Assembly (NCBI RefSeq): GCF_963921235.1
Contig: NC_086108.1
Location: 94,738,001 to 94,802,000, forward strand
Origin: Mobula hypostoma
Taxonomy: Eukaryota
Reading direction: 5' to 3'
DNA: 64,000 nucleotides
The notes beneath the pieces are model-generated. The model was given only the letters and a program-made list of their open reading frames with translations. It was not told the origin of the DNA and did not search any database. Below, piece by piece: positions 62,774 through 64,000 of the stretch. Position 1 is the stretch's first letter. Each line of letters opens with the position of its first letter. The translations under genes were made by a program, and so were the position numbers.

Positions 62774-64000
62774 CTTCTTCTTCTTCTTGTTTAATGGCAG
62801 TTGGCAAAACAGCTTTAAGATGCATTACCGCCACCTGCTAGGCTTCCGTCTGCAACCAAATACGTCCTGGAGTACTCTGCTTTAAACAATCTAGTTCAGC
62901 ATGCAGATCTCTATTTACATCACTCTGTAATTGCAATTCCTTTTGTAAGTGCTGTATATGCTCATTAGATAGCAGTGCCGCAGACTGCTTTCCTTCCCTA
63001 ATTTTTGTCACATGGTTTAAATAATTGCATTATTGATTTCATCTGCATTATTTGTAAAACTAAAAGCTTCTTGTTTAAAAATATTAGTTTTCGCATGCTT
63101 AATTTAAAATTGCTGTTTTTCAAGTCTGCTATTTCCAAGCTTTCCTTTTCTTGAATCATAGTCTCTCGTTTACTGAGAGCTTGAAGTTCTTCTTCAATTG
63201 CTTCCATGTTTTCATTTTGTAACCTGAATGTAGATAATCCACTTTACCCCAATACCTTTCCCTTTTGCAATTTTGTAATAAGTTCCTCCATTTTCAATCT
63301 CTTTCCAACCTACTTTAGTCAACCTAGTTCAACCTGCATATCTCTATTTGTTTCACTCGGTAATTGCAATTCCTCTTGCAAATGCTGTGTGCGCTCACTA
63401 GACAGCAGTGCCGCAAACTGCTGTTCTCCCTAATTTTTATCACATGGTTTTCAAGAAATTGCATCATCTCAATTACATTGATTTCATCTGCATCATTTGT
63501 AAGACTAAAATCTTTTTATTTAAGAATATTAATTATCGCATGCTTAACTTTTAAATTTGTTTCCATATCTTCGTTTAACAATCTGAATGTAAATAATTCA
63601 CTTTGCAACAATTCCTTTTTTTCTTTTTATAACTTTGGAATAATTTCCTCCATCTTTTAATCTGTTTTCCAAGTCACTGAATTTTTGACAACAAGTATCC
63701 TTTTCAGAAACCGTCTCCTTTAAATGCAGTACTGTTTCATCCAATCTCTCTTCCAATTCTCAGTTGTTCTTTTTGAGTACTTCTATTTGTTGCTGGAGTT
63801 CTGCACATTCACCCTGGGTTTCAACCATGTTTCTTGTATACATAAAATCCAAAGTTTTTCCTTAAGTTCTGATACATATTTCGTAAATTCTTGACCATTT
63901 GCAATAAGACTCCTTGCATTCCCTTGTGTGTGTGTGTATATATAAACAAACACACACACACACTGCCATTAATATCTCACCTCTCCTGCCTGTAAACTGT
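62774..64000 (-). mobile_element. Nimb/I-group LINE derivative: EN start, non-LINE cargo, 3' end with (GAA)n tail; continues beyond window
   Basis: NARSLIANGQEFTKYVSELKEKLWILCIQETWLKP at about 63817-63921; 3' end GCAGGTGGCGGTAATGCA...AAGAAGAAGAAGAAG at 62774-62875. Confidence 0.65.
62880..63813 (-). pseudogene. Decayed coiled-coil-coding sequence containing a ~430-bp tandem duplication
   Basis: GECAELQQQIEVLKKNN*ELEERLDETVLHLKE...; repeated AALLS(S/N)E..QHLQ(E/K)ELQL at about 62930-62990 and 63360-63420; many stops and frameshifts. Confidence 0.55.

Noticed and set aside
62998..63207. Coiled-coil ORF as an upstream CCDC18 exon
   Set aside because: Surrounding frames carry many stops and frameshifts, I see no match to CCDC18 as recalled, and it lies between LINE-derived ends; not fully excluded.
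1..64000. CRISPR arrays, rRNA, prokaryotic operons
   Set aside because: No regularly spaced repeat-spacer array or rRNA-like sequence seen; the sequence is spliced vertebrate DNA, and most short ORFs in the track are TE fragments or chance frames.

Overview
Repeat-dense vertebrate genomic DNA; the repeat families (CR1, Rex1/Babar, V-SINE-like, Penelope-like) suggest a cartilaginous fish, probably a ray (inference). The backbone is the 3' part of a minus-strand coiled-coil gene that I recognise as CCDC18. I traced 14 exons from 51647 down to about 3524, with consistent splice phases and one GC-AG intron; the 5' exons probably lie beyond the window. The introns hold nested transposons: CR1, Rex1/Babar, Hero, L1, Nimb-like, Gypsy/Gmr1-like LTR, Tc1, Tigger/pogo, hAT, Chapaev-like and SINEs. 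Most notable: (1) Penelope-like (GIY-YIG) insertions, some as fold-backs with 14-15 bp TSDs, carrying six recognisable minimal hammerhead ribozyme motifs, four of them on the pre-mRNA strand; (2) a Nimb-like LINE shell whose ORF2 appears replaced by a duplicated, decayed coiled-coil-coding cargo; (3) an ORF1-only L1 with intact TSDs; (4) an internally deleted LTR element with tRNA-Pro PBS and TSD. All family and gene assignments come from motif recognition and recalled sequences, not database searches. Boundaries of degraded repeats are approximate.
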